From Acutalibacteraceae bacterium (lineage in GTDB: Bacteria; Bacillota; Clostridia; Oscillospirales; Acutalibacteraceae): a stretch of DNA of 64,000 bases. Both the position numbers and the translations under genes were made by a program. The notes below the pieces were generated by a model. It did not search any database and was not told the DNA's origin. It worked only from the letters and a program-made list of their open reading frames with translations. Position 1 is the first letter of the stretch. Every line of letters starts with the position of its first letter. Shown one piece after another: positions 36,622-46,436 of this stretch. The DNA is taken from the NCBI GenBank assembly GCA_045579085.1, contig JAZNLO010000010.1:12163-76162 (forward strand), given 5' to 3'.

Positions 36622-37164
36622 ATGATGAAACAAAAAGCAAAAATAATGGACGAGCTTGCCATAAAAAGAGCTATGGCACGAATCACTCACGAAATTATTG
36701 AGCACAATCAGGGCGTAGAGGACGTCTGCCTGTTGGGCATAAAACGAAGAGGAATACCGCTTGCAAATATGTTGGCGGAAAACATACTTAAGTTTGAGGG
36801 TGCAGAGGTGCCTGTAGGTTATCTGGATATAACCAAGCACCGTGACGACCTTTCCGATGCAGACAAGCTTGTGCTTGCGGGCGACTGTCATTTTCCGTGC
36901 GATATAAAGAATAAGAGAGTTATAATCGTGGATGACGTTCTCTATACAGGTAGAACGGCACGCGCCGCGATGGAAGCAGTTTTCGCTTATGGCAGACCTG
37001 ATTGTCTGCAGTTTGCAGTTTTAATCGACAGAGGTCACAGAGAGGTGCCGATAAGGGCTGATTACGTCTGCAAAAACGTACCCACCTCGCTTAATGAAAT
37101 AGTTTCGGTTATGATAAACGATATAGACGGCGAAACAGGTGTTTATATCTGTGATATTGAGTAA
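36622..37164 (+). CDS. pyrR: bifunctional pyrimidine operon regulator / uracil phosphoribosyltransferase PyrR
   Basis: 180-aa protein containing LLGIKRRGIPLA and the PRPP loop VIIVDDVLYTGRTARAA. Confidence 0.9.
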   Translation: MMKQKAKIMDELAIKRAMARITHEIIEHNQGVEDVCLLGIKRRGIPLANMLAENILKFEGAEVPVGYLDITKHRDDLSDADKLVLAGDCHFPCDIKNKRVIIVDDVLYTGRTARAAMEAVFAYGRPDCLQFAVLIDRGHREVPIRADYVCKNVPTSLNEIVSVMINDIDGETGVYICDIE

Positions 37165-37183
37165 AAAATATTTGAAAGAGTAT

Positions 37184-37212
37184 TTGACAAGCGCTTAAAA
37201 CTGTGATATAAT
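37184..37212 (+). promoter_or_regulatory. sigma-A-type promoter internal to the pyr cluster (between pyrR and pyrC)
   Basis: TTGACA, 17-nt spacer, TATAAT, with TGn extended -10. Confidence 0.65.
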
Positions 37213-37221
37213 CACCTAAAG

Positions 37222-37260
37222 TTAATCTTTAAGACGATACAGAGATATCGGCAAGATTAA
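37222..37260 (+). promoter_or_regulatory. PyrR-binding-loop-like hairpin in the pyrC leader
   Basis: The lower stem ttaatctt/aagattaa and the upper stem cgata/tatcg enclose the apical CAGAGA. This resembles the conserved CCAGAGAGG core of Bacillus PyrR binding loops. Confidence 0.55.
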
Positions 37261-37315
37261 GTTATAGGAAAGATATAGGCGCAGTGTACGCTGCACCGAT
37301 GTTTTTATGTAGCTT

Positions 37316-37350
37316 AAGCCTTGCTGAAATTCAGCAGGGCTTGTTTTTTT
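37316..37350 (+). terminator. attenuator terminator immediately upstream of pyrC
   Basis: aagccttgctga aat tcagcagggctt followed by a run of 7 T. It ends 16 nt before the pyrC ATG. Confidence 0.8.
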
Positions 37351-37365
37351 GAAAGGGGTTTTATT

Positions 37366-38571
37366 ATGTCACAGCAAATCAAATCAAATGATTTCAGAGC
37401 AGTTGGTTGCCCCTCTATCTCTTTCGGTATTGGCAAGGACTTATTGCCCCTATTTGATAAATATACTGTTTTTCCCGGTTTTTGCGATGTGCACGTTCAT
37501 TTTCGCGAGCCGGGTTTTTCTTATAAAGAAACGATTCTGACGGGCTCACAGGCAGCGGCGCACGGCGGATACACAGCCGTATGTACAATGCCAAACTTAA
37601 ATCCGGTGCCCGACAGTGCTGAGCATCTAAAACAGCAGCTTGATTTAATAAAGGCTCAGGCGGAGATTAATGTCTATCCATACGCCGCAATCACAGTCGG
37701 TCAGCAGGGTAAGGAATTATCGGATATGAGCGCAATGCAGTCTGATGCGATAGCGTTTTCGGACGACGGTAGAGGAGTGCAGTCTGAGGAACTTATGCGC
37801 CTTGCAATGCTCAAGGCTAAGGAGCTTGGCAAAATAATAGTTGCGCACTGCGAGGATAACAGTCTGCTTCGCGGCGGATATATAAACGATGGGGTTTATT
37901 CAAAAGCGCACGGGCACAGAGGAATTTGTAACGAAAGCGAATGGGGACCTATTGAGCGTGACTTGCGTTTGGCAAAAGAAACAGGCTGCGCATATCACGT
38001 GTGTCATATCTCCTGTAAGGAGAGCGTGGACTTAATCCGCAAGGCAAAGTCAGAGGGCGTAAACGTCACCTGTGAAACAGCACCGCATTACTTGGTGCTT
38101 GACGAGAACGACTTGCAGGAGGACGGCCGCTTTAAAATGAATCCGCCCTTGCGTTCAACTGAGGACAGGCTTGCACTTATAGAGGGAATCAAGGATTCAA
38201 CCATAGATATGATAGCCACAGACCATGCGCCGCATAGCGCAGAGGAACAGTCTAAGGGGCTTGAGCTGAGCGCCTTTGGCATAGTGGGACTGGAAACAGC
38301 GTTTTCGGTTATGTACACAGAGCTTGTAAAGAAAAACGTAATCAGCCTTGAAAAACTGATTGAGCTGATGGCAATAAACCCGAGAAAGCGGTTTAATATA
38401 CCGCTCGGCGAGGACTACACCGTTTGGGATTTGGAAGAGGCCGTTAAGGTGGAGCCTGAAAAGTTTTATTCAAAGGGCAGGTCAACGCCGTTCGAGGGGC
38501 AGACGTTTTACGGCAAATGCTTATTAACAGTTGCAAACGGCAAAATAGTATATAAAGATAAGTTGATATAA
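37366..38571 (+). CDS. pyrC: dihydroorotase
   Basis: ATG at 37366 follows AAAGGGG. The metal-binding motif is DVHVHFREPG. The ORF-track start at 37321 lies inside the terminator hairpin. Confidence 0.9.
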   Translation: MSQQIKSNDFRAVGCPSISFGIGKDLLPLFDKYTVFPGFCDVHVHFREPGFSYKETILTGSQAAAHGGYTAVCTMPNLNPVPDSAEHLKQQLDLIKAQAEINVYPYAAITVGQQGKELSDMSAMQSDAIAFSDDGRGVQSEELMRLAMLKAKELGKIIVAHCEDNSLLRGGYINDGVYSKAHGHRGICNESEWGPIERDLRLAKETGCAYHVCHISCKESVDLIRKAKSEGVNVTCETAPHYLVLDENDLQEDGRFKMNPPLRSTEDRLALIEGIKDSTIDMIATDHAPHSAEEQSKGLELSAFGIVGLETAFSVMYTELVKKNVISLEKLIELMAINPRKRFNIPLGEDYTVWDLEEAVKVEPEKFYSKGRSTPFEGQTFYGKCLLTVANGKIVYKDKLI

Positions 38572-38593
38572 AGAAATTCGGGAGGAAATAACA

Positions 38594-41500
38594 ATGGCAA
38601 AAAGAACAGATATCAAAAAAGTGCTTATAATTGGCTCAGGCCCAATTGTTATCGGTCAGGCAGCAGAGTTTGACTATGCAGGAACACAGGCTTGCCTTGC
38701 GCTCAAGGAAGAGGGATATGAGGTAATACTGTGCAACTCAAACCCTGCAACAATAATGACCGATACCACAATCGCAGACAAGGTATATATGGAGCCGTTG
38801 ACTCTTGAATATATCGCAAAGATACTCCGCTATGAGCGTCCTGACGCAATCGTGCCGGGAATCGGCGGCCAGACGGGACTCAATCTTGCAATGCAGTTGC
38901 AGAAGAAAGGCATATTAGATGAGTGCTCAGTTGAGCTTCTTGGCACATCCAGCGAGAGCATCGAAAGAGCAGAGGACAGAGAACTGTTCAAGGAGATGTG
39001 CGAGTCTATCGGCGAGCCTGTTATCCCATCTGAGATAACCTATGATATTGAGCAGGCAAAGAAAGCTGCAAGCGAAATCGGATACCCTGTCGTACTGCGT
39101 CCTGCGTTTACACTCGGCGGCACAGGCGGCGGCTTTGCAAACAACGAAGCCGAGCTTGTTGAAATCGGTATGAACGCATTCAAGCTTTCGCCTGTGCATC
39201 AGGTTTTGATTGAAAAGAGCGTTAAGGGCTATAAGGAAATCGAGTTTGAGGTTATGCGTGACTCAAATGACAACGCAATAACAATTTGCGGTATGGAAAA
39301 CGTTGACCCTGTCGGAGTTCACACAGGCGACTCAGTTGTTGTAGCGCCCATACTTTCGCTCAATGACCACGACCTTAAAATGCTTAACGACAGCGCAATT
39401 AAAATTATAAGAGAGCTTAAAATCGAGGGCGGCTGCAACGTTCAGTTTGCGCTCAATCCCGAAACAAGCGAGTATTATCTTATCGAGGTAAACCCACGCG
39501 TATCAAGGTCGTCTGCGTTGGCATCAAAGGCGAGCGGCTACCCGATTGCCAGAGTCACAGCAAAGATTGCGCTCGGTATGGCGCTTGAGGATATCCCTGT
39601 AGCAGGAGGCACTGCAGCCATCGAGCCTCGCCTTGACTATATCGTTGCAAAGTTCCCGCGCTTCCCGTTTGACAAGTTTGCATCAGCACCGAATACACTC
39701 GGCACACAGATGAAAGCCACAGGTGAGGTTATGGGCATAGGCTCAAGCTTGGAGGAGTGCTTCTTAAAATCAGTTCGCTCATTGGAAACAGGCGTGTGCC
39801 ACTTCCACCTTGCAAAGTTTGACGATATGACTAACGATGAGCTCTACGCATATCTTGCTGAGTTTAAAGATGATAACATCTACGCAGTATGCGAGCTTTT
39901 GCGTAGAGGGGAGAGCATTGAAGCGCTCCATAAGGCAACCAAGATAACCGAGCTGTTCCTTGAGTCTTTCAAGAAAATCGTTGATATGGAAAAAACCCTC
40001 AAGGCAAATAAGAACGATGTTGAAACTTTAAAGCAAGCTAAGAAGATGGGCTTCTCTGATAAGTTTATAGCAGCTATTTGGGGAGTAAAGGAAACTGAGC
40101 TTTACAACTTCCGCAAGGCAAACGGCATCGTGCCCATATTCAAGATGGTGGACACCTTGCACACAGGCAAATATATCGCATACCTTTATTCGTCATACAC
40201 AGGAGAGAACGCATCACGCCTTACCGATAAGAAGAAAATCGTGGTGCTGGGTGCAGGACCCATCCGTATCGGACAGGGCGTTGAGTTTGACTATTCAACC
40301 GTACACGCAGTGCAGACAATAAAGCGTGCAGGATATGAGGCAATAATCATAAACAACAATCCCGAAACCGTTTCAACAGATTATACAACAGCAGATAAAC
40401 TGTATTTCGAGCCTCTTACACCCGAAGACGTAATGGCAATCATTGATTTTGAAAAGCCTGAGGGAGTAATCGCATCGCTCGGCGGTCAGACTGCAATCAA
40501 CCTCGCACAGCCGTTAATGGAGAGAGGCGTTAAAATTATCGGCACAGATTGCGATGCTATTGAGAGAGCCGAAAATCGTGACAGCTTTGAGAAAATTTTG
40601 AAAGACCTTGACATTCCACAGCCTAAAGGACAGGCAGTAACAAAAATTGAGGACGGCGTAAAGGCTGCAAATGAGATTGGCTATCCCGTATTGGTAAGAC
40701 CTTCGTTTGTTTTGGGTGGACGTGCAATGCAGATAGTTGCAAACGAGGAGCAGCTCAGACATTACCTGAAAACAGCGGTTGAAATCGACTCAGATAAGCC
40801 TGTTTTGGTTGATAAGTATATTCAGGGCAAAGAGGTTGAGGTAGACGCTATTTGCGACGGACAGGACGTGTTTATTCCCGGCATAATGGAGCTTGTTGAG
40901 CGCACAGGAATACACTCAGGTGACTCAATCAGCGTATATCCCACCTTCAGCATTTCCGATAAGGTAAAAGGCACAATTCTCAGATATGCCAAAAAGCTCG
41001 GACTCGGCATAGGTATTGTAGGACTTTATAACATTCAGTTTATCGTAGACGATAACGACGATGTCTATATAATCGAGGTTAACCCCCGCTCGTCGAGAAC
41101 AGTTCCGTTCCTTTCAAAGTCCACAGGCTACAGCCTTGCCGATATCGCAACAGAGGTTATACTCGGCAGGTCGCTTAAGGAGCAGGGCATATTCTCGCTC
41201 TATCCGCAGGAGAAAAACCGCTTCTATGTAAAGGTACCTGTGTTCTCGTTCAACAAGATTAAGGGACTTGACGCATACCTCTCACCTGAAATGAAGTCCA
41301 CAGGAGAGGCAATCGGCTATGACGACAAGCTTAACCGTGCATTGTATAAGGCGTTGCAGGCAGCGGGCACACATCTGCAGAACTATGGAACAGTTTTCGC
41401 AACCATCGCAGACAAGGATAAAGAGGAAGCCTTGCCGCTTATCCAGAGATTCTATAATCTTGGCTTCAATGTTCAGGCAACTGAGGGCACAGCCCAGTTC

Positions 41501-41767
41501 CTTAAGGAAAACGGCATACGCACCCATGTGTTAAAGAAAATTAGTGATAACAGTGAAGAAATCCCCGATGCAATCCGTCAGGGACACATTGCATACGTGC
41601 TCAACACAAGGGATATCGGCTCATCCTCTGAGGCGAGTGACGGTCAAAAGATTCGTCAGCTTGCAACCGATAACAACGTTACAATATTCACTTCTCTTGA
41701 TACAGTAAGAGTTTTGCTCGATGTCCTTGAGGAAACCACATTGACCATTTCCACAATCGACGCTTAA
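38594..41767 (+). CDS. carB: carbamoyl-phosphate synthase large subunit
   Basis: 1057 aa with duplicated ATP-grasp halves and a C-terminal MGS-like domain. Confidence 0.95.
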   Translation: MAKRTDIKKVLIIGSGPIVIGQAAEFDYAGTQACLALKEEGYEVILCNSNPATIMTDTTIADKVYMEPLTLEYIAKILRYERPDAIVPGIGGQTGLNLAMQLQKKGILDECSVELLGTSSESIERAEDRELFKEMCESIGEPVIPSEITYDIEQAKKAASEIGYPVVLRPAFTLGGTGGGFANNEAELVEIGMNAFKLSPVHQVLIEKSVKGYKEIEFEVMRDSNDNAITICGMENVDPVGVHTGDSVVVAPILSLNDHDLKMLNDSAIKIIRELKIEGGCNVQFALNPETSEYYLIEVNPRVSRSSALASKASGYPIARVTAKIALGMALEDIPVAGGTAAIEPRLDYIVAKFPRFPFDKFASAPNTLGTQMKATGEVMGIGSSLEECFLKSVRSLETGVCHFHLAKFDDMTNDELYAYLAEFKDDNIYAVCELLRRGESIEALHKATKITELFLESFKKIVDMEKTLKANKNDVETLKQAKKMGFSDKFIAAIWGVKETELYNFRKANGIVPIFKMVDTLHTGKYIAYLYSSYTGENASRLTDKKKIVVLGAGPIRIGQGVEFDYSTVHAVQTIKRAGYEAIIINNNPETVSTDYTTADKLYFEPLTPEDVMAIIDFEKPEGVIASLGGQTAINLAQPLMERGVKIIGTDCDAIERAENRDSFEKILKDLDIPQPKGQAVTKIEDGVKAANEIGYPVLVRPSFVLGGRAMQIVANEEQLRHYLKTAVEIDSDKPVLVDKYIQGKEVEVDAICDGQDVFIPGIMELVERTGIHSGDSISVYPTFSISDKVKGTILRYAKKLGLGIGIVGLYNIQFIVDDNDDVYIIEVNPRSSRTVPFLSKSTGYSLADIATEVILGRSLKEQGIFSLYPQEKNRFYVKVPVFSFNKIKGLDAYLSPEMKSTGEAIGYDDKLNRALYKALQAAGTHLQNYGTVFATIADKDKEEALPLIQRFYNLGFNVQATEGTAQFLKENGIRTHVLKKISDNSEEIPDAIRQGHIAYVLNTRDIGSSSEASDGQKIRQLATDNNVTIFTSLDTVRVLLDVLEETTLTISTIDA

Positions 41768-41780
41768 AATAGGTGTAAAA

Positions 41781-42515
41781 ATGAAAGACAGTATATTCAG
41801 GATAATTGAAAACGTGCCGCTTACACAAAACGTGTTCAAAATGCGCCTTGAGGGTGACACAAGCGAAATAAAAAACAGCGGCGAATTTATAAACATTAAG
41901 CTCGATGGGCTGTATCTTCGCCGCCCGATATCAGTGTGCGACGCTGATTCCACCACAGTCACGATAATATATAAAGTGGTCGGCAAGGGCACTCAGCAGA
42001 TGAGCGAGATGAGTATAGGTGAGGAGTTGCTTGTGCTCACAGGGCTCGGTAATGGCTACGATACAGCTGTATCAGGTGAAAAGCCGTTGCTGCTCGGCGG
42101 AGGAGTAGGAGTACCGCCGCTTTATATGTTGGCAAAGCAGCTTGTAGAGCAGGGCAAGAGCGTAAGCGTTGTGCTCGGCTTTAACAGTAAGAGCGAAGTG
42201 TTCTATGAAGACGAGTTCAAAGCACTCGGCTGCAGTGTGCGTGTTACAACTGCAGACGGCAGCTACGGTACAAAAGGCTTCGTAACAGACGCTATGGCAG
42301 ACGACTACACCTATTTTTACACTTGCGGACCTGAGCCGATGCTCAAAGCGGTGTATAAGGCTACAAAAACGAGCGGTCAGCTCAGCTTTGAGGAGAGAAT
42401 GGGTTGCGGCTTCGGCGCCTGTATGGGATGCAGCTGCAAAACCATCGCTGGTTATAAGAGAATCTGCAAGGACGGACCTGTTATGCTGAAGGAGGAGATT
42501 TTATGGGAAGACTAA
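41781..42515 (+). CDS. pyrK: dihydroorotate dehydrogenase B electron-transfer subunit
   Basis: The FAD/NAD-binding fold is followed by a C-terminal 2Fe-2S motif, CGFGACMGCSC. Confidence 0.9.
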   Translation: MKDSIFRIIENVPLTQNVFKMRLEGDTSEIKNSGEFINIKLDGLYLRRPISVCDADSTTVTIIYKVVGKGTQQMSEMSIGEELLVLTGLGNGYDTAVSGEKPLLLGGGVGVPPLYMLAKQLVEQGKSVSVVLGFNSKSEVFYEDEFKALGCSVRVTTADGSYGTKGFVTDAMADDYTYFYTCGPEPMLKAVYKATKTSGQLSFEERMGCGFGACMGCSCKTIAGYKRICKDGPVMLKEEILWED

Positions 42516-43414
42516 GCGTTAAGCTGTGCGGCATAGAGCTTGATAACCCAATAATCCCCGCTTCGGGCACCTTTGGTTACGGCTATGAATTCGCAGAGTT
42601 TTACGATATAAACTGTCTTGGCACCTTCTCATTCAAGGGCACAACAAGACAGGCACGCTTTGGCAATCCAACGCCCAGAATAGCTGAGTGTTATGCAGGA
42701 ATGATTAACGCAGTAGGACTGCAAAATCCTGGCGTAGATAAGGTTATCAGCGAGGAACTGCCCAAGCTTAAGAAGTGCTTTGATAAGCCGGTAATGGCAA
42801 ACGTCAGCGGCTTTTCCGTTGAGGACTACGCTTATACTTGCGAAAGACTTGACAAAGAGCAGCAGGTAGGCTGGCTCGAGGTTAACGTAAGCTGCCCCAA
42901 CGTTCATGGCGGAGGAATGAGCTTTGGTACGTCACCTGAGGCGGCGGCAGAGGTGGTAAGAGCGGTTAAAAAGGTTACCACTAAGCCTGTTATAATAAAG
43001 CTTTCACCAAACGTTACCGATATTGTAAGCATAGCTAAGGCTTGCGAGAGCGAGGGCGCAGACGCAATTAGCCTTATTAATACAATGCTCGGTATGAGAA
43101 TCAATCTCAATACAAGAAAGCCTGTCATAGCAAATACAATGGGCGGTTTTTCAGGACCGGCAATTTTCCCTGTTGCGCTGAGAATGGTATATCAGGTGGC
43201 AAATGCGGTTGACGTTCCCATAATCGGAATGGGCGGAGTATCAAGCGCAGAAGACGTAATCGAGATGATGCTTGCGGGTGCAACTGCAGTTGAAATCGGT
43301 GCGGCAAACCTTATAAATCCGTTTGCGTGCCGCGATATAATAAACGAGCTGCCAAACGTAATGGATAAATTTAAAATAGAAAACTTAAGTGATATAATAG
43401 GAGGTACAAGGTAA
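42503..43414 (+). CDS. pyrD: dihydroorotate dehydrogenase B catalytic subunit
   Basis: Contains [17 protein letters not shown] and GMGGV. Confidence 0.92.
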   Translation: MGRLSVKLCGIELDNPIIPASGTFGYGYEFAEFYDINCLGTFSFKGTTRQARFGNPTPRIAECYAGMINAVGLQNPGVDKVISEELPKLKKCFDKPVMANVSGFSVEDYAYTCERLDKEQQVGWLEVNVSCPNVHGGGMSFGTSPEAAAEVVRAVKKVTTKPVIIKLSPNVTDIVSIAKACESEGADAISLINTMLGMRINLNTRKPVIANTMGGFSGPAIFPVALRMVYQVANAVDVPIIGMGGVSSAEDVIEMMLAGATAVEIGAANLINPFACRDIINELPNVMDKFKIENLSDIIGGTR

Positions 43415-44112
43415 TGGGAAAGGACGTAATCATTGCTTGCGATTTTGCAAGCGCAAAGGACACCTTTGCATTTCTTGATAAGTTTACCGATTGCAAACCT
43501 TTTGTAAAAATCGGAATGGAGCTTTTTTACGCAGAGGGACCGTCAATAGTGCACGAAATCAAAAGGCGCGGACATAAGATATTCCTCGACCTTAAATTGC
43601 ACGATATTCCAAACACAGTAAAAAAAGCGATGAGCGTGCTCTCAAACCTTGATGTTGATATATGCAACCTCCACGCCGGCGGCACAATCAGAATGATGGA
43701 GGCAGCGATTGAGGGGCTTACCCGTGCAGACGGCACACGTCCACTGCTTATCGCAGTAACTCAGCTCACTTCAACCGACCAGGAATCAATGGAGAACGAT
43801 TTGCTTATAAACGAGCCGATAGACAAGGTTGTAATGCACTATGCCGAGAATGCAAAGAAAGCAGGACTTGACGGAGTTGTATGCTCACCGCTTGAGGCAG
43901 AAAAGGTGCACGCAGTTTGCGGCAAGGAATTTTTAACAATAACACCCGGTGTTCGCTTTGCAGACGGCGATATCGGCGACCAGAAGCGTGTTATGACACC
44001 TGCACAGGCAAAGGTTATAGGCTCGGATTACATCGTAGTTGGCAGACCGATAACCGCAGCAGAGGACGTAGTAGCAGCGTATAAGCGTTGCGTGGAAGAA
44101 TTTATAGGTTAA
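43414..44112 (+). CDS. pyrF: orotidine 5'-phosphate decarboxylase
   Basis: The active-site motif [12 protein letters not shown] is present. The ATG overlaps the pyrD stop. Confidence 0.92.
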   Translation: MGKDVIIACDFASAKDTFAFLDKFTDCKPFVKIGMELFYAEGPSIVHEIKRRGHKIFLDLKLHDIPNTVKKAMSVLSNLDVDICNLHAGGTIRMMEAAIEGLTRADGTRPLLIAVTQLTSTDQESMENDLLINEPIDKVVMHYAENAKKAGLDGVVCSPLEAEKVHAVCGKEFLTITPGVRFADGDIGDQKRVMTPAQAKVIGSDYIVVGRPITAAEDVVAAYKRCVEEFIG

Positions 44113-44125
44113 AGGAGAAAACAAA

Positions 44126-44767
44126 ATGGAACTCAGAGAACTGATTGCAAAGGATTTACTTAAGATTAAGGCAGTGTTTTTCAGACCTGAAGAGCCGTTT
44201 ACATGGGCAAGCGGAATCAAAAGCCCCGTCTATTGTGATAACCGCCTTACGCTCACGGCACCCGAAGTCCGCACAGACGTAGAAAACGGCTTGGCACAGC
44301 TTATAAAGGAAAACTATCCTGATGCTCAGGTGCTTATGGGCACCTCAACTGCAGGTATAGCACACGCCGCAATCACCGCTCACATTCTTGATATGCCTAT
44401 GGGTTATGTGCGTTCAGGCGCAAAGGACCACGGTAGACAGAATCAGATTGAGGGCAGACTTGAAAAGGGACAAAAGGTTGTAGTTGTAGAAGACCTTATT
44501 TCAACAGGCGGCAGTGTAATCGAGGTAGTAAACGTATTGCGTGAGGCTGGAGCAGAGGTGCTCGGCATCGTGTCAATCTTCACCTATGGAATGAAGAAGG
44601 GTATCGAGCGTCTTGCAGCAGCAGAAGTTAAAAACGTGTCCCTCACCAATTTCGACTGCATCGCAGAGGTGGCAGCTCAGGAAGGATATATCAAGCAAGA
44701 GGACATCGCGCGCTTGATAGCCTTTAGAAACAATCCGTCTGATGAGAGCTGGATTGGAGGCAAATAA
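44126..44767 (+). CDS. pyrE: orotate phosphoribosyltransferase
   Basis: Contains FTWASGIKSPVYCDNR and the PRPP loop VVVVEDLISTGGS. Confidence 0.92.
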   Translation: MELRELIAKDLLKIKAVFFRPEEPFTWASGIKSPVYCDNRLTLTAPEVRTDVENGLAQLIKENYPDAQVLMGTSTAGIAHAAITAHILDMPMGYVRSGAKDHGRQNQIEGRLEKGQKVVVVEDLISTGGSVIEVVNVLREAGAEVLGIVSIFTYGMKKGIERLAAAEVKNVSLTNFDCIAEVAAQEGYIKQEDIARLIAFRNNPSDESWIGGK

Positions 44768-45829
44768 ATGAGGAGTATTATAGATACCCCTGATTTAAGC
44801 ATAGACGAGCTCTATGAGCTTATGAACACAGCGCTCGACATAATTTCATCGCCTGAAAAGTATGCAAAGGCGTGTCAGGGCAAGAAGCTGGCAACGCTGT
44901 TTTTCGAGCCGTCAACAAGAACCAGACTCAGCTTTGAAGCAGCAATGTACGAGCTCGGCGGCAATGTGTTGTCTGTAACTGATGCCGCTTCCTCGTCTGC
45001 GGCAAAGGGAGAGAGCCTTGCCGATACAGCAAAGGTTATAAGCTGTTATGCAGATATCGTCGCAATCCGTCATGCAAAGGACGGCTCTGCGCTTGTGACA
45101 GCAAACAACGCCACAGTGCCCGTGATAAATGCGGGCGACGGCGGCCATTGTCATCCAACCCAGACGCTTGCCGATTTGCTGACAATATATAGGGAAAAGG
45201 GCAGACTTGATAACCTCACAGTAGGACTTTGCGGCGACTTAAAATACGGTAGAACAGTCCACTCGCTTATAGCGGCATTGTCAAGATATAGTGGGGTAAA
45301 GTTCGTGCTGATTTCGCCTGAGGAGTTGAAACTGCCCGACTACGTTAAGCAAGGCATAAGCTATGAGGAAACCGCTTCGCTTGAAAATGTGCTCGGCAAG
45401 CTTGACGTGCTGTATATGACAAGGATTCAGCGCGAGCGTTTTGACAATCCCGATGAGTATGAGCGGCTCAAAGATAGCTATATTCTAACAGCTGAGAAAA
45501 TGGAACTTGCAAAAGAGGATTGCAGCGTGCTGCATCCGCTTCCCAGAGTTAACGAGATAAGCGTTAAGGTTGATGACGATAAGCGTGCTTGCTATTTCAA
45601 GCAGGTTGCAAACGGCAAGTATATGCGTATGGCGCTGATTTTAAAGCTGCTTGAGGACGCAAAGAACAACCCTGTAAGACAGCAAAGACAGTTTGACGTT
45701 TCAGGCGGTTGCCGTTGCTCAAATCCGCGTTGCATCACAACAGTTGAGCAGGAGCTTGAGCAAAGATTCAATATACTTGAAAACGGCGATTACAGCTGCG
45801 CTTATTGTGAAACAGTGGTTAAAAAATAA
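44768..45829 (+). CDS. pyrB: aspartate carbamoyltransferase catalytic chain with C-terminal PyrI-like zinc-domain extension
   Basis: Contains FFEPSTRTR and HPLPR. The protein is 353 aa, against about 305-310 aa typically. The tail reads [38 protein letters not shown]. Confidence 0.9.
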   Translation: MRSIIDTPDLSIDELYELMNTALDIISSPEKYAKACQGKKLATLFFEPSTRTRLSFEAAMYELGGNVLSVTDAASSSAAKGESLADTAKVISCYADIVAIRHAKDGSALVTANNATVPVINAGDGGHCHPTQTLADLLTIYREKGRLDNLTVGLCGDLKYGRTVHSLIAALSRYSGVKFVLISPEELKLPDYVKQGISYEETASLENVLGKLDVLYMTRIQRERFDNPDEYERLKDSYILTAEKMELAKEDCSVLHPLPRVNEISVKVDDDKRACYFKQVANGKYMRMALILKLLEDAKNNPVRQQRQFDVSGGCRCSNPRCITTVEQELEQRFNILENGDYSCAYCETVVKK

Positions 45830-45847
45830 AAGCATAAACAAAAAACA

Positions 45848-45878
45848 GGTTGCCGATGTTTTCGGCAACCGATTTTTT
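45848..45878. terminator. bidirectional terminator between pyrB and comEA
   Basis: ggttgccga tgttt tcggcaacc followed by gatttttt, with an A-run upstream. Confidence 0.8.
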
Positions 45879-45888
45879 ATATCCTTGA

Positions 45889-46269
45889 TTATTCAATTGT
45901 TATAAACGGCTTAATTTTCTCTAACAACTTTTCACCGATACCACTAACGTTTAATAATTCATCAACGCTTGAAAAATCGCCGTGCTCATTGCGATACTCA
46001 ATTATAGCCCTTGCTTTTGCTTCTCCGATACCGCTTACCGTGCGAAGCGTGTCTTCATCAGCGGTGTTGATGTTAACTTGCTTTTGAGTAGCATCCTTCG
46101 ACTCAAAACTAACGCTGTTTACTACGTAAGTGATAACATTTCCGTCTTGAGCGGGTACGTTGCTGAAAAATTTGAAAGCCACAAGAAACAACAGCACCAC
46201 AAGCGAGATAATAATTGTTAGTTTTTCTGTTGGATTAAGACTAAAATCCGAAGTTCTGTAAGTTTTCAT
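45889..46269 (-). CDS. comEA: ComEA-family helix-hairpin-helix DNA-binding protein
   Basis: N-terminal TM. Contains INTADEDTLRTVSGIGEAKARAIIEYR and LLNVSGIGEKLLEKI. Confidence 0.85.
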   Translation of the reverse strand: MKTYRTSDFSLNPTEKLTIIISLVVLLFLVAFKFFSNVPAQDGNVITYVVNSVSFESKDATQKQVNINTADEDTLRTVSGIGEAKARAIIEYRNEHGDFSSVDELLNVSGIGEKLLEKIKPFITIE

Positions 46270-46365
46270 TTTGCAATCCTTTGATATTGGCAGTTTTTCT
46301 TATAATATAACATTACAGCAACAACTCAAAAAACGCAAGATAAAAAGGCAAAAGATGGTTTTTAC

Positions 46366-46394
46366 TTGTAAAGAAAGTTGCGTTGTGGTATTAT
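46366..46394 (+). promoter_or_regulatory. candidate promoter for the ABC ATPase/permease pair
   Basis: TTGTAA, 17-nt spacer, TATTAT. Confidence 0.4.
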
Positions 46395-46436
46395 TGTATG
46401 CATAAAAGCTAAGGTAAGTTTAAACGGAGTGAGCGT

